Shown: positions 1 through 9,042 of the stretch, piece after piece | How positions within the stretch are numbered: the stretch's first letter is position 1 | Layout: every line of letters starts with the position of its first letter | Origin: Escherichia coli | GTDB taxonomy: Bacteria; Pseudomonadota; Gammaproteobacteria; Enterobacterales; Enterobacteriaceae | NCBI RefSeq assembly: GCF_904711265.1 | Contig: NZ_LR882057.1 | Reading direction: 5' to 3' (one strand) | Length of the DNA: 24,000 nt | Notes under the pieces: generated by a model | Databases searched by the model: none | Told to the model about the DNA's origin: nothing | What the model saw: only the letters and a program-made list of their open reading frames with translations | Made by a program: the position numbers and the translations under genes

Positions 1-23
1 CGTCAGCAGAAGGAATATCACTG

Positions 24-740
24 ATGCCAATCATGCAAATAGGCTCGTTACACTTGCTGGTCAACCGTAAGGCGATTAAGAATCTGCATATCAGCGTGCT
101 GCCGCCTGATGGCAAAGTCCGCGTTTCAGCGCCGGAACATATGACGGAGACGGCGATTCGTATGGCGGTTGCTTCACGCTTTCGCTGGATCAGAAAACAG
201 CAGCAGGATTTCGCCAGACAGCCTCGTCAATCAGAGAGGGAAATGGTCAGCGGAGAGTGCCACTATCTTTGGGGCCGAAGATATCGCCTACTTGTGATTG
301 AGCGTCACGGGCGTCACGAAGTAAAAGTTGCGGGAAATAATAAGCTCCAGCTTTATGTTCAACCGGGAACCCGTGATGAAAATAAGGCATTGGCGTTAAG
401 TGAATTTTATCGACATGAACTAAAACAGCAGGTGGCTAAGCTTCTACCTGAATGGCAGGACCGAATCGGTGTTCCCCTAACATTCTGGGGCATCAAAAAG
501 ATGAAAACCTTTTGGGGCACCTGTAACACTACAACAAAACGAATCTGGCTCAATCTGGAGCTAATTAAGAAGCCGCCGGAGTGTCTGGAGTATATTCTGG
601 TGCATGAACTGGTTCATCTTCTGGAACGTCACCATAATGCTCGCTTCCGGTTGCATATGGATCGGTTTATTCCTGACTGGCGTGAGCGTCGGGATTTGTT
701 AAATAATATGCCGTTAGCGTTTGAGGCATGGGAGTATTGA
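24..740 (+). CDS. YgjP-like M48/DUF45-type zinc metallopeptidase, of the kind often encoded beside type I restriction genes
   Basis: 238 aa ORF preceded by a purine-rich ribosome-binding site (agaaggaat). C-terminal zinc-binding motif HELVHLLERHH and the YgjP-like stretch FWGTCNTTTKRIWLNLELIKKPPECLEYILVHELVH. Confidence 0.88.
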   Translation: MPIMQIGSLHLLVNRKAIKNLHISVLPPDGKVRVSAPEHMTETAIRMAVASRFRWIRKQQQDFARQPRQSEREMVSGECHYLWGRRYRLLVIERHGRHEVKVAGNNKLQLYVQPGTRDENKALALSEFYRHELKQQVAKLLPEWQDRIGVPLTFWGIKKMKTFWGTCNTTTKRIWLNLELIKKPPECLEYILVHELVHLLERHHNARFRLHMDRFIPDWRERRDLLNNMPLAFEAWEY

Positions 741-841
741 TTGAGCCTGTAACTGTTTTTTGTCCATAATTTAACCTTCATTTGATGCTGGATTGAACAT
801 ATCAAAATCAGACAATTACACAAATCTATGTACAGGCTCAA
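741..841. mobile_element. ~100-bp mini-element bounded by 11-bp inverted repeats, possibly an internally deleted IS256-family element
   Basis: TTGAGCCTGTA at 741-751 and TACAGGCTCAA at 831-841. Minus-strand interior reads a left-end-like sequence followed by ATGGACAAAAAACAG, then directly the opposite repeat. Confidence 0.5.
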
Positions 842-1038
842 CTCCTGCCATGGAACGTAGTACTCACCAATAAGTAAGCATCAATACGGCGCTCCGTTAA
901 CGCTTACTAGCATGGTTATCTCCTTAAAAAATTGAGGCGACAACTATGCTGACACAGGGGGCCATTGACCGAAGGAGATCAGTGAAGGTAATTTAAAAAC
1001 GGTTCTGTGAAACTGACGCGAACCGATCTCCATCGATG

Positions 1039-1457
1039 TTACCGATCTCCTTCACGGTAATACGCAAGTGCACCAGACAGAGGATCTTTGTTGTCAATCC
1101 AGTTACCCAACGCACCACCTGCCGCATTCTAGGCTATTGTCCCTTTCCAGCCCTGCCCCATGGTTATCGCATTTATCCAACCTGCTGCCACTGAGTTGAC
1201 CGAGTTTATTTCACCACTATCTGCATACTGCATCACGGCATTTGCTCCGGCACCAAGTAACCACATAGCTTGGGCACTCCCCGGTAACAGCCACCTGTCG
1301 CTAATGCGGCAGCATAAGCTTTATTTTCAGCCTGCCCCCGCTTACAGGCTTCACCGGAAGGATTATCACTACAGGAGAGAACATAAGCACCATGCTCTCT
1401 GGCTTTTCCCGTCTGGAGCCATTCACTGCCACCCAGCTGGTTATTCTCAACATTCAC
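1039..1457 (-). pseudogene. Orphan CdiA C-terminal (VENN-type) toxin module, degenerate
   Basis: Minus-strand ORF starts with NVENNQLGGSEWLQTGKAREHG. The VENN motif is at 1440-1451. After a frameshift it continues LLGAGANAVMQYADSGEINSVNSVAAGWINAITMGQGWKGTIA*NAAGGALGNWIDNKDPLSGAL, with an in-frame TAG. It lies downstream of the immunity candidate, as orphan cdiA-CT modules do. Confidence 0.7.
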
Positions 1458-1486
1458 CTACAGGTGAACAGCCTCCAACGGTTCAA

Positions 1487-1542
1487 CATAACGCAAATTA
1501 TGTATAGTTCAGAACAACGAACCAAGCATAATTTGCGTTATG
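1487..1542. repeat. Perfect 16-bp inverted repeat with 24-bp spacer
   Basis: cataacgcaaattatg (1487-1502) and cataatttgcgttatg (1527-1542), between the orphan CT module and the cdiI candidate. Confidence 0.85.
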
Positions 1543-1593
1543 TCTGGAACCCAACAGATGTTTGCAACTGTACTGTCTGCGTTATATCAAAAG

Positions 1594-1848
1594 TCACTCA
1601 GAGTCAGGCGGTGTTTTCCTTGATTTATATCTGGCTATCAGTTTAGAAAAAACAATCCCAACCCATGCAGTTAACCCGGTAATAACACCAAAATAAACAG
1701 CCCTTTTTATTTGATTGATTGGAAATAAAAAAAACTCATTTTTGAAAGAAAAAAACAGAGATACAACCAAACCGACTCCAAGTAACGCTATTGTAAAAAA
1801 CAGGCAGCAGTACAGAAGGAGAGTTAAATAATTCCACAAAATTCTCAT
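1594..1848 (-). CDS. Putative CdiI-type immunity protein, small membrane protein
   Basis: 84 aa with 2-3 hydrophobic segments (YLTLLLYCCLFFTIALLGVGLVVSLFF, AVYFGVITGLTAWVGIVF). Start codon overlaps the cdiA stop region (1845-1848), and its position is the canonical cdiI position. Confidence 0.6.
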   Translation of the reverse strand: MRILWNYLTLLLYCCLFFTIALLGVGLVVSLFFSFKNEFFLFPINQIKRAVYFGVITGLTAWVGIVFSKLIARYKSRKTPPDSE

Positions 1849-4800
1849 TTATTTTCCTTTTTTTCAGGAGCTTGAGGATTATTGAAATCCTTGATAATTC
1901 CATTGGTAAACTCAGAGACAGCACCACCGCCAAGCTCATAAATAAAGCCCGGAACAGGATCATTCCCTAAGATTTTCCCCACGGCTGTGGGGGCATACTT
2001 CCCAAATGCCCCACCCAGACCAGCACCAATACCAGCCCCGGCCAGTGAAGCTGTATTTGGACCATCAGTAAAGAATGCCCCACCCATTGCGATACCTGTG
2101 TTCGCAAGGACACCACGACCGGGAGCCATCATGCCTGTTGTAAATGAGGTCGCGCTTCCCAGATAGTCCCACGACTTATTCGCATTCTGCGGCTGGTTCA
2201 AATCATAGACCTGATAACCACTATTGGCCGCCAGTCCAAGAAGCCCGCCACCAAGAACTTTACCTGCTGACGCAGCAGGCCCCAGATACCATGCCCCGGC
2301 AATCATTACACCATCCTGATATCCATCCACGATCACTTTCGTGATATTGGTACTGTCCGGCATATCACCTTTCGCTATCTTATCCAGCCCAGCCTGTGTT
2401 TGTTCCGGTGTCAGATTATTGTCCACCGCGTACTTGTTCCATGATGTAGCCGCAGCTGCATTGCTTTCAAAACCATCACCGAAGCTGAGCGCATTATTCT
2501 CAACCGTTGTCTTGCCTGACTGTGCGCCGGCTACCGCTGAAGCCCCCGAGTCTCCCACCAGACCACCGGCCAGGCCGGCAGCAACCGTTGCCAGTGTCGA
2601 GACCGTCTGCTTCTCTGTCTCGCTCAGTTCACTCACCGACTTACCGTACATCTGTGTGGCTATCATTCCCACCACCTCGCCGGTGGCTGCGCCTGCGGCA
2701 CCAGCTAGAGCATTATTTCCCTGTGCCACCGCCAGTGCAGCATTCACCACAGCATGAGCAGCCACATTTGCAGCCTTATTCACCTCACCGGTAACCGGGT
2801 CTGTGGTCATGGTTTTCACCACTTCAGCCAGATACGGTGCTGCACCACCTGCCAGGGCTGCACTCAGATTACCGCCGGCCAGTCCCTGTACCGCTGCCGT
2901 TGCGGCCTGTATCGCCTGCTGGTATTTGCCTCCCGTTCCAAAACCGGAGGCCGCCATACCGTTATTGTAGGCCCGCTGCGCCACATCCTGTTCCGTGAAC
3001 GGTTTTCCTGCTGCCTCAAGCTCTGCACGGGCCTGATTCAGTGCTGCCGGGTCCCGCTTCGCTTTCTCACCGGCTATCTGTCCTTCCGTTCTGGCAATAT
3101 CTGCCACCTGGTTACCAATCTCACCAATGAGTTGTGCCTGCTGCAGTCGCTGCTGCTCTTTTTCCCTGTCAAAGATGGGGGACAGCGTCTGGTTTGCATG
3201 TGCTGCGTCACGGTTCAGGTCTGCCACATCCTGTTTCTGGCTCTGCGTATCCCGGATGGTGATATTCCCGGCAGACACTGCCGACTGCGTGGTACTGTCC
3301 GCATGGCCTTCATGATTTGCACCGACCAGCAGATTGTTTGCCATGTTCCCCAGGAAATTTCCGGCAACACTGCCACCGGTACTGAGCCCTGCACTCTGAT
3401 GTTCCGTTTTAAAGTCGGCCCGGTTTTCAATGTCACTGAAGCCCAGTGTGCCGGTATCCAGCCTGTTTTTATCTGCCGTTGCCGTGGACGCAATCACTGC
3501 GCCGTTCAGCTGCGTATGCTGCCCGGTGGTGACATCAAACCCGCCCCTACCGGCAAAAATCCCCGTCTGCTCCTGTACACTGTCGTAGTTACTGTGCATT
3601 TTATCCCGGCTGAGGTTCACACTCGCCGAACCGCTCATGGACCCGAAAGTGAAGCTGCCTCCGGCGCTGGCATTCTGCTGCTTGCTGTCATAACGGTCAC
3701 TGTCCTGCTCACTGGTCAGTGTCAGATGGCGACCGGCATCCACTTTCACCGTTTCACCGCCAGCCTGCGCGCCGGTAAGCGTGGTGTCCCGCCCGCTGAT
3801 AATGGTCAGCTGTTTTCCCGCATCCACCGTGGTTTCTGTATGGGTGGTACCGTTGCCTTTTTCACTGCCCTTACCCTGGTTTGCGCTGGCTGAAACACTG
3901 ATACCCCAGCCTCCGGAGCCCACACCAACACCGACACCCACGCTGCCACCACTGGATGTGTTCTTTCCTTCCAGCTTTGACGTGTTTTCTGCTGATACCA
4001 GATTCACGTCACGGTTTGCCTGCAGCAGAACGTTGTTCCCGGCCTTTATCTGACTGCCCTGTATCGTCAGGTCACCATCCACGCCCTTCACGCCGGAGCC
4101 GGTGGCCTGAATACTGAGGTGATTACCTGCGGTCAGTGTACTGCCCTTCGCCACTGTCTGCTCTGACTGCTGTTCTGATTTTGAAGACTGGCTGCCGTAA
4201 GAGAGGCTGATACCCACGGCATTGTTATTCTCTTTCTGGTTGCCCTGGGCTTCTGCCAGTCGTCCGGCCTGTACGGCCTGAGCCCCCGAGAGCGCGGCCT
4301 TCACCCCCTGCAGGGCTTCAAGCCGGCTGTTCCCGGCAGATTTCACCGCCTGTACGGTCTCCACCGTCGTGTTCAGGGCGCTGCCCGCTGTGCCGGACAG
4401 GGCAAGCGTCAGACCGGAGATTTTCTGCTCCACCGTATGTGTCTGTACATGCTGGTCTGTGGCGGCGGTAATGCTGACCTCCTTACCGCTGAGTGCCATG
4501 TCCCTGCCGGCAATCAGGTCAGAGCCGTTGACGGTCAACCGGTTACCTGCCTGAAGGGAAACATCACCGTGAACACTCCCCACCGTGCTGCCTTTCTGTG
4601 TGGTGTCTGTTGCGGTGTCCGTGACTTTCAGACTCTGGCTGCCCATGCTGAATCCCACACCTCCGGAGCTCATCAGCCCGGATTTTTTCTCCTGTTTCAG
4701 GTGCGTTTCACGGTTGCTTTCTGTCAGCGTACCGATACTCAGGTTATTTCCGGCAGCCAGGGAGACACGGTTATCCCCGGCCACACTGCTGCCCGTGACG

Positions 4801-6794
4801 TTCAGATTATGTCCGGCGCTGATACTGACCGTATCCCCGTTCAGTTCACTGCCCGTCATGGTCCGGCGGTCAGTGACATCATGCGTGGTTGTGGTGGTTT
4901 TCGATAACATCCCGCTGCTGCCGGTCACTTTATGGTATTCATCCAGCAAGCTGGTATTCTGTGCACCAGTCAGCGTCACGTCATGACCCGCCATCAGAGC
5001 CAGGCCTTTCTGAGCTGACAGCGATGCCGCCTGTGACGTCATATCCCGTCCGGCGGTCAGCGTGACATCACCGTTACCGGCAAGCGTGCTGCCCGTACTC
5101 TGTGTGACGCCCTGCGACAGACGATTATTTTTGTCCCAGGTAATATTGTCCTGCGCGGATGTGGTCACTGTGGAAAGCGTCATATCCCTGCCCGCACTGA
5201 GTTGCGTCAGGCTGTCCTTACCCTGATTCACCACCGTTGCAGCCGTCAGGTTCATATCCCGTCCGGCCTGCAGCACCAGTCTGCCCTGGTCGTTCTGCAC
5301 ATACACGCCGGCCACACTGTCGATACTGGTACGTTCAAAATGGTTCTGTCCGGCGTCGCGCTGTGCCGTACGGGTGGTGGTGGTCAGACTGATATCCCGT
5401 CCGGCCATCGCCAGCAGGCTGTCCGTAGCCTGCAGCAGCCCGCCGGTACTGTTAATATCCGTCCGGGCCGTCAGGCTGACATTTGCTCCCTGAATGGTGC
5501 CGGCCTGGTTGTGAATGTTTTCTGCACTGAGCTGCACGGTCTGCTTCCCGGCCAGTTTACCGCTGTTAAACAGGTCACCATCCAGCTTCATCACCACGTC
5601 CCTGCCGGCAATCAGCGCACCGGCGCTGTTCACATCACCGGGTTTTACACGGGCATACACCTGAGGTACCTGAACCGTCTGCGTGCTGCCGTCCGGCAGT
5701 GTCACCGTGGTGTTAACCAGCCAGACAATATCACCGGTCAGTAACGCCATCTGCTCAGCAGTCAGCGCCACACCTGGTGTCAGGTTGTATTGCTTACCAA
5801 ATGCAATACCCGCATCCATTAACGCCTTAAACTGCTCTTCATCATTACTGTATCCGTCCAGGTACCGTTGCCCGGTCAGAGCAACAACCTGCTCACGAAT
5901 CAGACGCTGTTCGTAAAAACCATCCCCCAGGCGTTTGAGCATGTTATCCCCGTTCTGAGAAAACGCCTTCTGCATGTAATCACTGCCCAGCCACGTCTTC
6001 TGGTTCGTAAAACGCGGGTCCGTTTCAACCAGATATGGCACATTCACTGCCGGATTTGTTTTAAACAGGCTGCTGTCCGGCAGACGGGTATCCGGCCCGG
6101 CAACATGGATACTGCCCTGAGGTGTGCTGACTTCAAACTGCTGCCCCGGCAACAGAATGACCGGTTCACCGGCTGACACCACCGGGCGAAGCGGTATCCG
6201 GTCAGTACCGGCTACTGTCGCATCCACATTTCCGGTCAGTCCTGTCTGTACATCCGTTCCCTGTGGCTTCAGGGGAGAAAGCGTGACATGGCTGCCCTGA
6301 ACCTGTCCGTGGCTGGTGAGCTCTCCCGGCTTCAGCGTGATGGTCTGAATTACAGTGGGCGGAGTGTACTGAGAGGTTTCCCCCCCCTGCTTATCCTTTC
6401 CTTTTTTCCTGATACGGTAATAATACGTGGATGTCCCTGAGTCCGTAACATGGCGCTCTCCGCTGACACTGACGTTTTCCACATCACCGGCCTGCATATC
6501 CAGCAGGCCACCTGCAACAACCTGACTCTTATCATTAAGCAGTTTGTCTGCCACAATCGTCATGCCGGCACCGGACAGAATTTTTCCCGGGTCGGATTCT
6601 TTTACCCGGGTTTCTTCCACGGTACGGGTGTAATCGTACTGCGTGAATTTATCTCTGGCGCCTTCCGGTGTATGCAGTTTTTTCAGTGAGTTACTGGAAT
6701 CGTTATCCACATAAACGCCCGCTTCACCGGCGCTCCAGCGTTTATCTGAGCCGCTGAGCTGATACTCAGTCACCTTTTCCGTGGAAACCACCAC
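1845..6794 (-). CDS. cdiA: CdiA/filamentous hemagglutinin-like exoprotein, N-terminally truncated, with VENN pretoxin motif and C-terminal toxin region
   Basis: 1649 aa ORF with FHA-type repeats (e.g. ALMAGHDVTLTGAQN, AGRDMNLTAATVVNQG), a pretoxin region ending GKTTVENNALSF (VENN at 2493-2504) and a variable C-terminus. No signal peptide or TPS secretion domain, and upstream sequence fuses to cdiB. Probably a pseudogene. Confidence 0.88.
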   Translation of the reverse strand: MVVSTEKVTEYQLSGSDKRWSAGEAGVYVDNDSSNSLKKLHTPEGARDKFTQYDYTRTVEETRVKESDPGKILSGAGMTIVADKLLNDKSQVVAGGLLDMQAGDVENVSVSGERHVTDSGTSTYYYRIRKKGKDKQGGETSQYTPPTVIQTITLKPGELTSHGQVQGSHVTLSPLKPQGTDVQTGLTGNVDATVAGTDRIPLRPVVSAGEPVILLPGQQFEVSTPQGSIHVAGPDTRLPDSSLFKTNPAVNVPYLVETDPRFTNQKTWLGSDYMQKAFSQNGDNMLKRLGDGFYEQRLIREQVVALTGQRYLDGYSNDEEQFKALMDAGIAFGKQYNLTPGVALTAEQMALLTGDIVWLVNTTVTLPDGSTQTVQVPQVYARVKPGDVNSAGALIAGRDVVMKLDGDLFNSGKLAGKQTVQLSAENIHNQAGTIQGANVSLTARTDINSTGGLLQATDSLLAMAGRDISLTTTTRTAQRDAGQNHFERTSIDSVAGVYVQNDQGRLVLQAGRDMNLTAATVVNQGKDSLTQLSAGRDMTLSTVTTSAQDNITWDKNNRLSQGVTQSTGSTLAGNGDVTLTAGRDMTSQAASLSAQKGLALMAGHDVTLTGAQNTSLLDEYHKVTGSSGMLSKTTTTTHDVTDRRTMTGSELNGDTVSISAGHNLNVTGSSVAGDNRVSLAAGNNLSIGTLTESNRETHLKQEKKSGLMSSGGVGFSMGSQSLKVTDTATDTTQKGSTVGSVHGDVSLQAGNRLTVNGSDLIAGRDMALSGKEVSITAATDQHVQTHTVEQKISGLTLALSGTAGSALNTTVETVQAVKSAGNSRLEALQGVKAALSGAQAVQAGRLAEAQGNQKENNNAVGISLSYGSQSSKSEQQSEQTVAKGSTLTAGNHLSIQATGSGVKGVDGDLTIQGSQIKAGNNVLLQANRDVNLVSAENTSKLEGKNTSSGGSVGVGVGVGSGGWGISVSASANQGKGSEKGNGTTHTETTVDAGKQLTIISGRDTTLTGAQAGGETVKVDAGRHLTLTSEQDSDRYDSKQQNASAGGSFTFGSMSGSASVNLSRDKMHSNYDSVQEQTGIFAGRGGFDVTTGQHTQLNGAVIASTATADKNRLDTGTLGFSDIENRADFKTEHQSAGLSTGGSVAGNFLGNMANNLLVGANHEGHADSTTQSAVSAGNITIRDTQSQKQDVADLNRDAAHANQTLSPIFDREKEQQRLQQAQLIGEIGNQVADIARTEGQIAGEKAKRDPAALNQARAELEAAGKPFTEQDVAQRAYNNGMAASGFGTGGKYQQAIQAATAAVQGLAGGNLSAALAGGAAPYLAEVVKTMTTDPVTGEVNKAANVAAHAVVNAALAVAQGNNALAGAAGAATGEVVGMIATQMYGKSVSELSETEKQTVSTLATVAAGLAGGLVGDSGASAVAGAQSGKTTVENNALSFGDGFESNAAAATSWNKYAVDNNLTPEQTQAGLDKIAKGDMPDSTNITKVIVDGYQDGVMIAGAWYLGPAASAGKVLGGGLLGLAANSGYQVYDLNQPQNANKSWDYLGSATSFTTGMMAPGRGVLANTGIAMGGAFFTDGPNTASLAGAGIGAGLGGAFGKYAPTAVGKILGNDPVPGFIYELGGGAVSEFTNGIIKDFNNPQAPEKKENK

Positions 6795-6841
6795 GCGCTC
6801 CGTGGTGAAATGGTCATTAACGTTATTGATTTGTCCGGCAC

Positions 6842-7615
6842 TCAGTACCAGATACCTGAATCATCAAGCGAAAACCCCAGTCGCCAGTATTTATCCTGTT
6901 TACGGGTAATAAGAATATCACTTTCCCCTGGCTGCTCACCGGGCACAATTTCCATATCAGCCTGCACACCCGGCAGTCGTTGCATATTCTCCAGCCCCTG
7001 CTCAATGTCCCGTAAATCCAGCAGAGAACCTTCGTGTGCCGGGAATGAGGAATACAACTGAATATAGTCATCACTGTCCGGTGTCAGACGCACATGTCGC
7101 ACAACACCGGGAATAATAACCAGCCGGAGGATACCGCTTTTTAAATCCTGCGAAGGTGCCAGAACACGGGTGGTGACATAACCATGATCGACCAGACGGT
7201 TCTGCAATGTACTCATCAGCAGATTAATTCCTTTCGCCCCCAGGCAATGCCCGACCGCCCCGTTGGCGATTTTTTGTAAAGGCAGCCAGTGTGGTAACGC
7301 ATCAGCCCCCTTCAGTTCCGTCTGTTTAATCTGAAAACAGGGCGTTTCAACAGGAAAATTAATCTTATGGGCAAAAGAGCCAGGTGCAGAAAGGCGAACA
7401 TCAGGGGCTGAAGGCGTCAGTTGTTGCTCAAGGGCTTCCTGACGCTGCTGCTGAATGATAAATGTATCCTCTCCACTACGCCGGATATCCGCGGCCTGAA
7501 GAGATAAAGGCGATAATAAAACAGACATCAGTGTCAGTGACAGCAAGGACGGACAGCGCCGGAATAAGCTTTGTTCCTCAGCCCTCTCGTTCCTGCAACA
7601 TAATTTTCCAGTCAA
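6842..7615 (-). pseudogene. cdiB: CdiB-like two-partner secretion transporter, N-terminal/POTRA part only
   Basis: Signal peptide-like [18 protein letters not shown] followed by POTRA-type sequence ([73 protein letters not shown]). The ORF stops at SLDDSGIWY, before the beta-barrel. Confidence 0.87.
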
Positions 7616-8207
7616 ACGTAAAACCTTTTATTCATGTCATACCAACAATCACCAGCCTCCTGACGATACCTCCCACCATGTTTTGCGATGGCACGCTACC
7701 GCCCTTCCGGTATTTACCCGCATCAACCGGTACCAGAATGCTGAGCAATAAATCTGCCAATTTTTAGCTGACTTATTTTTGATCATTATAGAATAATGAT
7801 CTGAACTACAGCAATATGACAGATTTATCGATCGATATAACACAAATGAACAGTTCTTTATTCTGTCATATATCGCAAAAACAGCATATTGCAAAATTTA
7901 TAACCATAATTAATGGAAAAGTGCAGAAAATTATTCCACTGAATGCTTTTAATACAGTTGGTTAGCTAAAAAAATATCATTTTTTGATTTCGGTCATTGA
8001 AAATTGCAATGCGTGACGATTCAACAGCATTTAAGTGAGTTTCAGGATATGGGAAGGACATGAAAGGAGGAGCGCAATAAAATATACAGGAAGAAGGGGA
8101 AAATGTTTCGTAAAAACAGAAAATTAACATCGCACATCAGGAAACTCAGTCTCCTGATTCAGTGCTACCACATGAAAATTTAGTTAACTGTTACCGTACT
8201 AAAATTT

Positions 8208-8399
8208 ATGTCAGAAGATGTTCCATTACCGAAAGTCAATCAGCGATACAAAGACGATCATGGTGCGCTTGTCACCGTGAGCAGTGTTGAGGAAACCCGG
8301 GTGGTGTTTATGCGGGACGGCTATCCGCATCCCTGCATGCGACCGATGTACAACTTTCTGGGAAAATTCAAACCCGAACCCCGGGAAGAAACAGAATAA
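8208..8399 (+). CDS. DUF4222-like small prophage-associated protein
   Basis: 63 aa ORF with VNQRYKDDHGALVTVSSVEETRVVFMRDGYPHPCMRPMYNFLGKF, resembling the DUF4222 pattern as I remember it. Confidence 0.55.
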   Translation: MSEDVPLPKVNQRYKDDHGALVTVSSVEETRVVFMRDGYPHPCMRPMYNFLGKFKPEPREETE

Positions 8400-8673
8400 A
8401 ACGAAATCCCTGCCGGCAATCACACTGCCTGATGGCAGCATAATCCATTTATTAATTCTCATCCCCGGAGACAAGCCCAGAAAACCACTCCGGGTGTTCA
8501 CTGTATGCCGTGTTCAGCGCATCCCAGGAAACGTTTATATAAAAGCTGTCCTGCAATTTGCGGGTAACAACTTCTGCCAGGCGATTCCGATCCGCCAGTC
8601 CGGCATAACTGAGGTAGCCTGAGTTTAACGGACACTCCTTCCTGAAATAGAATGGCATCAGAAGGAGCTAATA

Positions 8674-9042
8674 ATGAGCAGAAAAACCCAACATTACTCT
8701 AAAGAGTTCAAAGCCGAAGCTGTCAGAACGGTTCTTGAAAATCAACTTTCGATCAGTGAAGGCGCTTCCCGATTATCTCTTCCTGAAGGCACTTTAGGAC
8801 AATGGGTTACCGCCGCCAGAAAAGGGCTCGGTACTCCTGGTTCCCGCACGGTGGCTGAACTGGAATCTGAAATTCTGCAACTGCGTAAGGCGTTAAATGA
8901 AGCTCGCCTTGAGCGAGATATATTAAAAAAAGCAACTGTAGATTCAATTGGTCAACGCAACAGTTATGTGAAAACATGGGGTTGCGGAGGTTTTTTGAAT
9001 GAGACGAACATTTACAGCAGAGGAAAAAGCCTCTGTTTTTGA
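8674..9042 (+). pseudogene. IS600 OrfA, disrupted at 8937 by IS30 (the last part of this ORF is IS30 sequence)
   Basis: MSRKTQHYSKEFKAEAVRTVLENQLSISEGASRLSLPEGTLGQWVTAARKGLGTPGSRTVAELESEILQLRKALNEARLERDILKKAT matches IS600 OrfA. Confidence 0.93.

Noticed and set aside
2754-3893. 379-aa plus-strand ORF and many smaller plus-strand ORFs (2144-2344, 2341-2757, 4437-4907, 5202-5744 and others)
   Set aside because: They lie antisense to the continuous 1649-aa cdiA reading frame, have low-complexity or implausible composition and resemble no family. They are shadow ORFs of a repetitive, GC-rich gene.
7649-7894. 84-aa minus-strand ORF upstream of the cdiB remnant
   Set aside because: Extreme composition and no recognisable family; the region looks like AT-rich upstream regulatory DNA.
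8452-8658. 68-aa minus-strand ORF running out of IS600 into flanking DNA
   Set aside because: Its start is inside IS600, so as called it is a chimera. The flanking part (YAGLADRNRLAEVVTRKLQDSFYINVSWDALNTAYSEHPEWF) may be a gene tail but cannot be assigned.
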